From: Candidatus Nanopelagicales bacterium
Lineage (GTDB): Bacteria > Actinomycetota > Actinomycetes > S36-B12
Direction of reading: 5' to 3'
NCBI GenBank assembly: GCA_044240195.1
Contig: JBIHZX010000004.1
Span: 1 to 58,355, forward strand
Length of the DNA stretch: 58,355 nucleotides
Shown here: piece after piece, positions 1 through 8,617 of the stretch
Numbering within the stretch: position 1 is the stretch's first letter
Layout of the letters: each line of letters begins with the position of its first letter
Program-made: the position numbers and the translations under genes
The notes under the pieces: model-generated
What the model was told of the DNA's origin: nothing
Database searches by the model: none
The model's input: the letters and a program-made list of their open reading frames with translations, nothing else

Positions 1-422
1 CTGAACTTGCGCGGAGCATCAATCTGTCGAATCGATCCCGCCGCCGTTGGGGCGTAATCGGGTTTATTTGATTCAGGTACAGGTGGCTCTTCCACGTGAC
101 CCCCCGCGATATTCGCAGCTCTCGCCTCAACTGCTCCCGGTGCAATGATTGCACTGTCCAGCAATAAATTCTCGGCGCCGTACAGCCACCGACCGTAGTA
201 ACCATCATCGATGTAGTGCTCTCGATCTAGTCGATTCATAGCATGTCTAAAAGCGTCTAGATTTGACCCAGAAATCCTCATTGATAATAGGGCTAAGGCA
301 AAGGCCCGCCCCTCCCACTTCTCAGGAAAGACCGCCTCGTCGGGGTCGATAATCGGGGCTTGTCCCCAACCAGAATCGCCACCCATGTCGGCCACCCCAC
401 TGGCCGGTTGAATTTCTATCAT
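1..422 (-). CDS. nthB: Nitrile hydratase beta subunit (N-terminal part; runs off window edge)
   Basis: Not in ORF track. Manual translation from ATG at 422 (GAGGAGG RBS upstream): MIEIQPASGVADMGGDSGWG...DEAVFPEKWEGRAFAL...NLDAFRHAMNRL...YIDDGYYGRWL, matching NHase beta motifs DMGG, FxxxWEGRAFA, FRHAxxR and YYxRWL. Confidence 0.88.
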   Translation of the reverse strand, partial: MIEIQPASGVADMGGDSGWGQAPIIDPDEAVFPEKWEGRAFALALLSMRISGSNLDAFRHAMNRLDREHYIDDGYYGRWLYGAENLLLDSAIIAPGAVEARAANIAGGHVEEPPVPESNKPDYAPTAAGSIRQIDAPRKF

Positions 423-481
423 CAAACCCTCCTCATCTAGGGAAACCTGACGGCCCCTGAACCTTACGACTAAAGACCTGA

Positions 482-522
482 TGTCTTGTGGGTGTTGAAC
501 AATGTCCAACACCCACAAGACA
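482..522 (-). terminator. 16-bp perfect inverted repeat between the DsrE-family gene and nthB (terminator/attenuator or mRNA-stabilising stem)
   Basis: TGTCTTGTGGGTGTTG (482-497) / CAACACCCACAAGACA (507-522), 7 nt after the stop at 529. Confidence 0.6.
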
Positions 523-528
523 AAGCAA

Positions 529-1017
529 CTACAGGGTCCAGGTGTTCATCTGGAATGCGCCCTCACTCCAAGCTGTCAGGGCGGTGTCGAGCACGTCAAG
601 CGGGTTGAACGGGATAACCCCTGGAATGAGGTCATCTTCGCCGAATCCGTAAAGAGCACCCATCGCAAAGCGACATGCGTAAATCTTCGCGCCTTCTTTC
701 ATGAGCGTCTTGAGCTGCTCATTGATTGCGAGGTGACCTGGGAATGCGGCCATCCCAACACCGGGGTAACCGCGAGTGCCTGAGGCTGCGAGAACTCCGG
801 GTCCGTAGAGGACGATGCTGACTTCGAACCCTTTACGCACCAAACGTGTTGACGTCAACAAGTTGACGAGCAGAACCGATCCTTCGTAAGGAACAGTGTG
901 GATAAAAATGTATGCTTTCTGTCCGGGTTTGGCCTTGATGTCAGGGAATAGTTTTTCCTCTGCATTAAATAGTGACTCTCCGTCTGCCGGTAGAGTTCTG
1001 ATTACGGTTTTTGGCAT
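529..1017 (-). CDS. MSMEG_0572/Sll0783 (NitB-like) DsrE-family protein
   Basis: Motifs HTVPYEGSV, LVRKGFE, LYGPGV, AFPGHLA, IYACRFAMGALYG and PLDVLD. Start placed at ATG 1017 after a GGAGGA RBS. Confidence 0.85.
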   Translation of the reverse strand: MPKTVIRTLPADGESLFNAEEKLFPDIKAKPGQKAYIFIHTVPYEGSVLLVNLLTSTRLVRKGFEVSIVLYGPGVLAASGTRGYPGVGMAAFPGHLAINEQLKTLMKEGAKIYACRFAMGALYGFGEDDLIPGVIPFNPLDVLDTALTAWSEGAFQMNTWTL

Positions 1018-1047
1018 TATTCCTCCATCGTGTTGTGTTGTGTTCAA

Positions 1048-1299
1048 CTAGATCGCCGGTCCCTCCGGCGACGTCTGTTTGGCCCAGTTCTTCCTGTGGC
1101 TTCCGGGCATGGCCACCATGATCCGTCTGCGTAAGCCCCACGGCATGATCCGGTAAATCGGAATGAATACACCGGTCCAAAAAAATTGACCACTCGTGCT
1201 TGGCGTCTCAATTCCGTGATTGCGTGCAACACGTGCTTGTGCATCACGCAATAAATAAAATTGGGCATTCTCGCGCAGCCACTTCGATGGTGATTTCAT
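1048..1299 (-). CDS. Small basic Trp/Arg-rich hypothetical protein
   Basis: ATG overlaps the upstream stop codon (TGATG), implying translational coupling within the operon. Confidence 0.65.
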   Translation of the reverse strand: MKSPSKWLRENAQFYLLRDAQARVARNHGIETPSTSGQFFWTGVFIPIYRIMPWGLRRRIMVAMPGSHRKNWAKQTSPEGPAI

Positions 1300-2642
1300 C
1301 AACGCCCCAACTGCGACGCAACACCCTTTTGGGCAGCCACCGCGATCGGCTCGTTGAGTGCACCTATTGGTGGTGAGTAAACATTTTCCATGGTGGCCAG
1401 GTCATGCAGCGTCAATCCAGCCTTGACCGCTACTCCGAGGAAGTCAGCTCTTTCTTTGATTCCTTCTCCGCCCACCATTTGGGCTCCGATCAGGCGTAGT
1501 GTTCCTTTTTCGGCGATGAGCTTCACTCGGACTTTTTTAACGCCCGGGTAGTAACGAGCTCGTGAAATACCGTCAGCAACCGCCACCACGTGCGGTATGC
1601 CCAACGCATTCGCTGTCACCTCGCCCAGTGCCACTCCGCCGATCATCCACTTCCCAGCCACCATGCCCCAAGGAACATAAACAGGGTTGTACGTTCGGTT
1701 CCCGCCAGCAGCATTAGCGCCGGCCACTTTCCCCTGGGCGTATGCGTGGCTCCCGGTGAGACCTTGGAGCGGTAGGCCGCCGAGGCCGTGGGGAATCTCG
1801 CACACATCACCACTGGCCCAGACGCCGACCGCTGATGTCTGCATGCCCCCGTCAACGATAAGCCCCCCCGTGCTGCCAGTTTTTAATCCAGCCGCGATCG
1901 CCAATTCATTATTGGGGACCTTGTGCGTGGCCACCACAACAAGATCGCATTCAATGTCTCCCCCTGATGTGCGAACTCCACGTACGGCACCTGACTCATC
2001 GCCGAGAAACTCTTCCAAGGTCGTGTTCCAGTGCATGGTGACACCGAGCTCCGTCCATGACTCATGGACGAGTTCGACAATGTCGGGATCTGCCACTTCC
2101 CCGAGCGCCCATGGGTTCGGGTCGATCACATGTGTTTCGATTCCCCGGTGAGCCAGAGCTGTGATCATCTCAACGCCGAGCGGACCCGCCTCAACAACGA
2201 CCGCCTTTTTAACGGTGTCTAGACGTTTATCCCACTCCATTGCCTCACGGATATTCTTCACGTAATAAAGACCATCAAGGTCCCCACCGGGCACTCCCGG
2301 GTTCGCATAGGAGAAACCCGTCGCGATGACGAGAGAGTCGTAGTGCATCGGCTGACCAGATTCGATCTGAATGGTCTTCGATTTTGTGTCTAATGAAGTG
2401 ATCTTCGTCTGGTACCGGATATCAATGCCTGCATCAACGTAAGCCTGCTTATCAGCCAGAAATAGTGCTTCAAAACTTGGAATTTCTTTTCCATGTACGA
2501 AGGGAATTCCGCAGGGGCTGTAGGCAACGTCTTCATTTTCCGTGAAGACGGTAACTGATGCCGAGGGGTCCACTGCTTTGGCACCACCGGCGGCGCCGAG
2601 TCCCGCGCCTCCGCCTCCGATGACGATAATATGCTGTGCCAC
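1299..2642 (-). CDS. FAD-dependent pyridine nucleotide-disulfide oxidoreductase (NADH oxidase/CoA-disulfide reductase type, single Cys)
   Basis: GGGGAG FAD motif, YSPCG redox Cys, ATG motif, GD motif, C-terminal YSPP dimerisation motif. Confidence 0.88.
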   Translation of the reverse strand: MAQHIIVIGGGGAGLGAAGGAKAVDPSASVTVFTENEDVAYSPCGIPFVHGKEIPSFEALFLADKQAYVDAGIDIRYQTKITSLDTKSKTIQIESGQPMHYDSLVIATGFSYANPGVPGGDLDGLYYVKNIREAMEWDKRLDTVKKAVVVEAGPLGVEMITALAHRGIETHVIDPNPWALGEVADPDIVELVHESWTELGVTMHWNTTLEEFLGDESGAVRGVRTSGGDIECDLVVVATHKVPNNELAIAAGLKTGSTGGLIVDGGMQTSAVGVWASGDVCEIPHGLGGLPLQGLTGSHAYAQGKVAGANAAGGNRTYNPVYVPWGMVAGKWMIGGVALGEVTANALGIPHVVAVADGISRARYYPGVKKVRVKLIAEKGTLRLIGAQMVGGEGIKERADFLGVAVKAGLTLHDLATMENVYSPPIGALNEPIAVAAQKGVASQLGR

Positions 2643-2770
2643 TTATGCTCCCGTCAATTAAAAAGTTAAGATCCTTAGACATACACGATAGACTACTTTT
2701 CATACACTATGTTGAATAATCCAAAAAAAGTTCATAAGCTTTTTTTACCGGTTTTGGGCACCAAACACCC

Positions 2771-3421
2771 ATGAATCAACGAAGGGATGTCCCAGTGGCG
2801 CGCACCTCCACTAAAAGTGAAACCGCAATAAAGCCGAAATCGGATCAGCCCCTCGAGCTCGACGAAATCGTCAGCCTGATCGGTCCAAAAATTGCAGGAT
2901 TGCGCAAGGCTCAGGGCCTATCCCTTCAGCAACTCGCTTCGACGAGTGACGTCTCGGCCGCTGCAATTCATAAGATTGAACGCAGTGGGATGGTCCCCAC
3001 GGTGACAACGCTTCTGAAGTTGGCGGGTGCACTTGGGGTGCCGGTGAGCTACTTCGTTGCCGAAGACGACCCGCACCCTGAATCCGTACACCTCACCAAA
3101 TCTGAATCCCGGAGACCCGTTTATACGCCACATGATGGTCTCGCCCTAGGTGGCATCAGTGGGTCCTACCGCCAGTTTCAAGCGGCGGCAGCAGTCGCAA
3201 GTATGTCGGCGGGAGCAAATAGTGGTGTCAAACTACTCAAGCATCCAGGGGAAGAGTTGGTTTACGTACTAAGCGGGCGGGTTCGCTTTACCGTCGGTAA
3301 TGATGAGTACGCCCTCAAAGCAGGGGATTCCTTACACTTCAGGGGGGATGTGCCGCATCACTGGGAAAATTTAGGCAAGGTGACTGCCCAGTTGATCTGG
3401 CTCGCTTTGAGAAATGGCTAA
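2771..3421 (+). CDS. XRE-family HTH + cupin transcriptional regulator
   Basis: LRKAQGLSLQQLA...IHKIERS...PTVTTLLKLA HTH; HPGEELVYVLSG...GDSLHF...PHHWEN cupin. Confidence 0.9.
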   Translation: MNQRRDVPVARTSTKSETAIKPKSDQPLELDEIVSLIGPKIAGLRKAQGLSLQQLASTSDVSAAAIHKIERSGMVPTVTTLLKLAGALGVPVSYFVAEDDPHPESVHLTKSESRRPVYTPHDGLALGGISGSYRQFQAAAAVASMSAGANSGVKLLKHPGEELVYVLSGRVRFTVGNDEYALKAGDSLHFRGDVPHHWENLGKVTAQLIWLALRNG

Positions 3422-3429
3422 TAGTTGTG

Positions 3430-3828
3430 TCAATTCCCCCGATTGACAACGCTAATCTCCGGTAATGCTTTCAACGTATTAGTCACGTAGCACACACGCT
3501 CGGCTGATGCAATGAGTTTGGCGGCGGTCTCCTCGGGGACCGGAATTCTCACACTGATCTGAATTTGGCTGAACCTGGTTCCTTCATACGTGCCCGTCAC
3601 ATCCACTTCAATACTTGATAATTCCAGATCTCTTTTACGGGCCGCATATGCAAGTGACAGTACGAAGCACGATGCCACAGCGCTCAGTAGCAGATCTGTC
3701 GGCGCAGGACCTGTGTCCGTGCCCCCTACCCGAACAGGTTCATCGACCCGAGACGAAAACTCGCCGGCCATCACGTCAACTTGAAAGCCACCAAGCCATC
3801 GTGCGGACACCAATCGATCTGCAACCAT
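3430..3828 (-). CDS. OsmC-family protein
   Basis: DEP..GGTDTGPAPTDLLLSAVASC and AERVCYVTNTL two-Cys pattern. Confidence 0.85.
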   Translation of the reverse strand: MVADRLVSARWLGGFQVDVMAGEFSSRVDEPVRVGGTDTGPAPTDLLLSAVASCFVLSLAYAARKRDLELSSIEVDVTGTYEGTRFSQIQISVRIPVPEETAAKLIASAERVCYVTNTLKALPEISVVNRGN

Positions 3829-3919
3829 GTAATCCACCTCATATAATTCATCTCCACTTAACTACTATGGATTTACATTAAAGTATACAAATGCCAGTCA
3901 CGGCCGGTATTGTTTTCGC

Positions 3920-5005
3920 GTGGACCGCACTCGAATCCGTGAACTTTTTTTTCTGTTCCTTGCCGTAGCCGCGCTCAATATCGCTGGGTGGGGGACATAC
4001 GCCTATTACTTACATGCTGAACCAACTAATACTGCCTATGTGGGAGTAGGGCTAGTGGCGTACGTCTTAGGGATAAGACATGCCTTTGATGCGGACCACA
4101 TCGCAGCGATTGATGACAGTGCAAGATTGATGGTCAACCAGGGACGTCGACCGATTGGTTTAGGGTTCTACTTTGCAATCGGCCACTCGACAGTGGTCTT
4201 GCTGATGTGTGTGGGAGTGAGTGTTCTCGCCGGAACCTTCGTCTCGTCCGGCCAAATCTATCTGCAAGATATTGGTGGCCGGATCGCCGCTCTGGTGGCG
4301 GCCATTTTTCTCTTAGGCGTCGGGCTTTTAAACTTTAAGGTTTTACAACGGCTTCGAAATACCAAACGAGATCTGAAAAGCGGTGCCATTAGCCCTGCTG
4401 AGTTGGAATCCCGTCTCTCTGGCGCATCGCCACTTGCTCGACTCCTTGGTGGCAAAAAGATGAACCGGCTGCAATCAAGTTGGCAGATGTTTCCCATTGG
4501 TTTCATCTTTGGACTCGGCCTTGAGACTGCTTCAGAAGTCACGCTACTCAGCCTCTCCGCCGCGGGTGCCGCGGATGGTCACCTACCAATTGGCGCCATT
4601 CTCGCTTTGCCCCTTTTGTTTGCGGCAGGTATGACGCTGTGTGATTCCATCGATTCGGTCACCATGGTTCATGCCTACAGTTCAGCAAGCACGACGGCAC
4701 ACGACCGACTGTTTTTTAACATTCTCATGACGGGAATCACAGCGACAATCGCGACATTTGTTGGGGCGATCTACCTCTCGCAGGTTCTCGTCGATGAAGT
4801 TGGAATCCGCGTTCTCGAACCAATCGCCCAAATAAATGAGCATTTTGAAAGACTGGGTTACGTCATTGTTTCCGTCTATTTTGTCGTGTGGGCGTGTGCA
4901 TTTTGGGTGTGGCGTAGATCAAAGAAACGAGCCGAGTCCGATGTCGTTGGCGAGTACCGCAGGGCCATAAGTGCGCCGTATGCCAAGTCCAGTCCTGATG
5001 AGTGA
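3920..5005 (+). CDS. NiCoT (HoxN/HupN/NixA/NhlF family) Ni/Co permease
   Basis: Signature RHAFDADHIAAID, FAIGHSTVV, GFIFGLGLETASE, LFAAGM; multiple TM helices. Confidence 0.92.
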   Translation: MDRTRIRELFFLFLAVAALNIAGWGTYAYYLHAEPTNTAYVGVGLVAYVLGIRHAFDADHIAAIDDSARLMVNQGRRPIGLGFYFAIGHSTVVLLMCVGVSVLAGTFVSSGQIYLQDIGGRIAALVAAIFLLGVGLLNFKVLQRLRNTKRDLKSGAISPAELESRLSGASPLARLLGGKKMNRLQSSWQMFPIGFIFGLGLETASEVTLLSLSAAGAADGHLPIGAILALPLLFAAGMTLCDSIDSVTMVHAYSSASTTAHDRLFFNILMTGITATIATFVGAIYLSQVLVDEVGIRVLEPIAQINEHFERLGYVIVSVYFVVWACAFWVWRRSKKRAESDVVGEYRRAISAPYAKSSPDE

Positions 5006-5724
5006 CCCAGCTCCGCGAGGCGGGCGCGGGATGCGCGCGCTGCTCCTTCCTGTCCGTGAGAGCATTCCTGCAAAAGAGTGTGAAGTGTTTCAATCGACTG
5101 CCCTACCGCAGCCCACCTCAGAAATGCGCGCGAAATCTCATGGGTAGCTGCAGTACGCGCGATCTCCTGGCGAATCACCCGGTTATGACCACCAAGTATC
5201 GATTCCACTGCAAGAATTCCCGCTGCGACATCGTCACCTGCTGGCGTTAATCCAATCCCGCGGCCCATGACCGATTCGCAGGCACCGGCGAGATCACCCA
5301 CTTGCAAGAAACCCGCCAGTTCTTCCTCCAATAATTCTTCCTCCAATAAGTGGCCCGGTGGTGTACCTAAAGTGAGATCGGGAACGTGTCCCAACACGGT
5401 TCCAAGAAGTCCGGTCGCTCGTTTAATATCCGGATTCGCCGCGGGTACCCACACATGCTCAGAGACGGACACGACTTGATCGACCACGCGCAATTCTCCA
5501 TCGCGTACTTCTACCGGATCGCCTAAGGAACCCAGAGGCAAAGTGTTCATTCGGGCATGGAGGGGGCCCGAAGGGACGCTAGCGAGGGTGAGTGCGAAGA
5601 CGTGTGCGCCTACTCGGATATACATCGCCTTTCGAAAGCTCGCAATGACCCGGCCCGCCGAGCTTTTGTGAAGCCCTTCGAGGACTCCCTCCCCCGTGTC
5701 AAGGGGAAGGGTCACTCCGTTCAT
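4876..5724 (-). CDS. DUF2877 (YlbF/AllH-like) protein
   Basis: GRGIGLTPAGDD and GHSSGLD motifs; coupled to the DUF1116 gene. Confidence 0.85.
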   Translation of the reverse strand: MNGVTLPLDTGEGVLEGLHKSSAGRVIASFRKAMYIRVGAHVFALTLASVPSGPLHARMNTLPLGSLGDPVEVRDGELRVVDQVVSVSEHVWVPAANPDIKRATGLLGTVLGHVPDLTLGTPPGHLLEEELLEEELAGFLQVGDLAGACESVMGRGIGLTPAGDDVAAGILAVESILGGHNRVIRQEIARTAATHEISRAFLRWAAVGQSIETLHTLLQECSHGQEGAARASRARLAELGHSSGLDLAYGALMALRYSPTTSDSARFFDLRHTQNAHAHTTK

Positions 5725-7145
5725 TCCCCTTGATTAACAGGGTTAACAAGGTCAACAAGGGCTTGCCCAAACCCTTCAAGCGGCGCCGTCGCAACGCCAG
5801 CCCCTATCTGCCCTACCCCTGACGAAAGATGAAGAATTCCCGTGGTGACCTTGGGGCTAATTCCCGTCTCAACCACTTTTCGCACATCGACGCCGAGTGG
5901 GGTGCCTCGAAAGCTCATCGTCGGCAATTTGAATCGGCTGCTTTCTGACACACATATCCGTCTCATGTCTTCGGTGGCCCGGGCAGCATCAGACATCGAC
6001 CCACCGAGAAAAGCCGCCACCGCTGGAGACCCTGCAGCAGCAGCCCCTCCAAGCCCAATCAGCTCGAGTACCGCACTGTCGCCCATATCAAGAGCAGCAT
6101 CTTGGGAACTGAAACCTGCGTAATACAACGCATCTGCCACCGGAGGAGCCGGACAAATATGCCAACGGGGTGAATCCCCCACCTTCACCCCAAAAGTGGT
6201 CCCGTTGCGCGCCATGGTCGTGACAATCGTTGAACCAGATACTTGCTCCGCTGCGAGCATCAGTGATTTTGCCGCCGCCATAGCAATTGTCAGGAAGAAG
6301 AGGTGATTCTTGGACAAATAATGAGCGAACGCCACCGAGCCTTCATCATTTCCCAATCGGGCAATTGATGTGAGCACATCGCGGATTAAAAGATTTGTCG
6401 TCGCCTGCGTACGCATGTGAACGTCGTCGCCCATCTGCACGCCCTGTGATGCTAAGGACAGGATGTCAATCGGACCACTTTCTGTGAGGATCTGTGCGAT
6501 TCTCGGCTGGGCAACATCCCGCAAGAAGATCAGCCTTTCTATCGCCGCTGGTGTCTCACGCCCAAACCACGGAACGTCCCCCGGACCCTGGTTGACGGGC
6601 GCGAATCCAACTGTCCCGGACTCCGCATTCTCAGCTATCCACACCGGGGTCGTAGGTCCGATGGCTGAAGCCATCGGTACCACGGTCCCATGATCATTGG
6701 CGGCAGCAAGTGCGACGGAGCCCTCGGCGAGCAATCGATCGGCTGTTTCAACGTCTTTCGCCCACCCTTCCGCAACTGTTGCAGCGCGCATCGATCGTCG
6801 TACCGGATCACATACGAATTCATAAGCAATGGGTGGACCGGCATGCAGCAGGGTGCGATCGGGGAGTGCAGGCAATGCATCCCGTGCGGACGCCACTCCA
6901 ATGAGCATCGGCACCCCCTTGTCAATCCTGCGAATTGCCTCGGCATTCGCCTTGTCGTATTCCAGTGAATTCATCGCGTAAGAATCAGTGAGTGCCCTGA
7001 GAAGAACCGGTGAATTTCCCGAAGGAACGCGCCAGTCCACGTGAATCACCTCAGCGTCTTGTTCACGGATCGCCTCCGCGAACAGTGGCAGTCCAATGTT
7101 GATTACTGCCGCGTTCTGTGGCAACTTATGCAGGGTTGTTTCCAT
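5721..7145 (-). CDS. DUF1116 (YlbE/AllG-like) protein with an N-terminal FdrA-C-terminal-like segment
   Basis: LLHAGPP, MGDDVHMR, TMARNGTTFG, DMGDSA, GVGQIGAG motifs; N-terminal VINIGL...VIHVDWR. Confidence 0.87.
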   Translation of the reverse strand: METTLHKLPQNAAVINIGLPLFAEAIREQDAEVIHVDWRVPSGNSPVLLRALTDSYAMNSLEYDKANAEAIRRIDKGVPMLIGVASARDALPALPDRTLLHAGPPIAYEFVCDPVRRSMRAATVAEGWAKDVETADRLLAEGSVALAAANDHGTVVPMASAIGPTTPVWIAENAESGTVGFAPVNQGPGDVPWFGRETPAAIERLIFLRDVAQPRIAQILTESGPIDILSLASQGVQMGDDVHMRTQATTNLLIRDVLTSIARLGNDEGSVAFAHYLSKNHLFFLTIAMAAAKSLMLAAEQVSGSTIVTTMARNGTTFGVKVGDSPRWHICPAPPVADALYYAGFSSQDAALDMGDSAVLELIGLGGAAAAGSPAVAAFLGGSMSDAARATEDMRRICVSESSRFKLPTMSFRGTPLGVDVRKVVETGISPKVTTGILHLSSGVGQIGAGVATAPLEGFGQALVDLVNPVNQGE

Positions 7146-7162
7146 ATTCTTGACTCACTTCC

Positions 7163-8617
7163 TTATTGTTGAACGATTTCTCGGGCGCGGATCAGCAGAT
7201 GGGATTCCGCCGATTCAATATTGTGCTGCTCAGTTTCCAAGAGTGTGCGCAAATCAAGGGCCGCCGCCAGAAGACTTTCAGCCATGGCGGTGACGGTGTC
7301 TGGGGCTGCACCTCCGATCGACTTTCGCGATTGGATCAAAGTCATTGGATCAAAGATCTCGTCCAACTCGCCGGCCTCGACTTGTTTCGGATCAAACCCA
7401 CCGTCCTTGAGCGCCCACGTGATGTCCTCCGCGGAAATTCCTCGATCCCCCTCCGCGGCGTGCGTAAGCGCACTGCTAACGACACGGTGAGCAGTGAGGT
7501 AGTCAAGTCCACACGAACGCATCAGGAGGTGGGCGACATCAGCGGCCTCGGTATTCGCACCTTCGATTGCCGATTTCATGCGAGCCTCGTTCACTACGAG
7601 GTCACGCACCACTGAGGTCAACAATCGCGTTACCTGACCGGCCAAGGCTAATGATCGAGGAAGTTCTCCGTAGGCATAAATGTATGTATCACTGCGAGCC
7701 GAGGGAGCCTTGGAAAGGGCCAGTTGTCCCGTCAGACGACCGATCAGAATCCCAGTTGAGCCCCTGATCACCGAAAGTGCGTACGGATTACGTTTTTGGG
7801 GCATGAGCACACTGGGTCGCACCGACGATTCCCCCAATGACAAGAAGCCGAACTCTCTGCTAGCAAAGATTTCGAGGTCTTCGGCGAGCCGATCCTGACC
7901 CAGCGTCAAAGTGGTGGCGGAAAAAAGTACATGCAAAAACGGATCCGTCTGCCACATGGCGTCGCGGACATGCTCGATCGGTTTATTGAATCCGAGGTTG
8001 TGGGCCGCGTGTATCCGGTCCCGAATAACTACCGACCCATTTGCGCCACCGGATCCGGCCACGCTCGAGTTAACATGAACGTACTCAGCAAGTAATCGGT
8101 TAGCGTCTCGAAGTATCGGATCAGCAAACGACAATAAATAGTGACCGAATGTCGAGGCCTGCGCCGGTTGGAGATACGTATAGTCAGGCATTAGTGAGTC
8201 GGAGTGCTCGATACTACGCGCGCAGATCGCCTCGATCAAATCGCACGAGTCCTGTGTCAGCGCGAGCACCTGCTTGCGAACCACTAGTCGGTAGGCCGTG
8301 CGAACTGCCTCCCGTCGCGTTCGACCAGTTCGTAGTGAACCACCGACCGGTCCTATGAGCTCGACAAGAAACTGTTCTCGACACGTCACCATCTCACCGA
8401 TGGACGGGTCATAATTAATTTCTGAGCTGGATAAAGATTCAAGGTGAAGAAGACCGCCGAGCAGGGTCCGTGCCTCCGCACGCGAGATCGCTCCTGCATC
8501 AAACAAATCCAATGCATGTGCAATATCTGCGAGATTAAGTGCATTGTGCAGAATGGGAGCATCGGCAATCTCCCACGCGTACCCGGATTCAGCGAGTTCC
8601 GGCGAGATATCAAACAT
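7163..8617 (-). CDS. Argininosuccinate-lyase-like aspartase/fumarase superfamily protein (XcbC-like candidate)
   Basis: ArgH-like layout (LRTGRTR, MPDYTYLQPAQ, SVLMPQKRNP) with divergent catalytic motifs. Confidence 0.8.
   Translation of the reverse strand: MFDISPELAESGYAWEIADAPILHNALNLADIAHALDLFDAGAISRAEARTLLGGLLHLESLSSSEINYDPSIGEMVTCREQFLVELIGPVGGSLRTGRTRREAVRTAYRLVVRKQVLALTQDSCDLIEAICARSIEHSDSLMPDYTYLQPAQASTFGHYLLSFADPILRDANRLLAEYVHVNSSVAGSGGANGSVVIRDRIHAAHNLGFNKPIEHVRDAMWQTDPFLHVLFSATTLTLGQDRLAEDLEIFASREFGFLSLGESSVRPSVLMPQKRNPYALSVIRGSTGILIGRLTGQLALSKAPSARSDTYIYAYGELPRSLALAGQVTRLLTSVVRDLVVNEARMKSAIEGANTEAADVAHLLMRSCGLDYLTAHRVVSSALTHAAEGDRGISAEDITWALKDGGFDPKQVEAGELDEIFDPMTLIQSRKSIGGAAPDTVTAMAESLLAAALDLRTLLETEQHNIESAESHLLIRAREIVQQ

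Noticed and set aside
1-422. Thiocyanate hydrolase subunit
   Set aside because: The frame stays open past the N-terminal helical region toward the SH3-like part, as in an unsplit NHase beta. Not fully excluded because the gene is cut by the window edge.
3829-3919. Cobalamin or NiCo riboswitch before the NiCoT gene
   Set aside because: The intergenic region is only about 90 nt, AT-rich and lacks the conserved elements.
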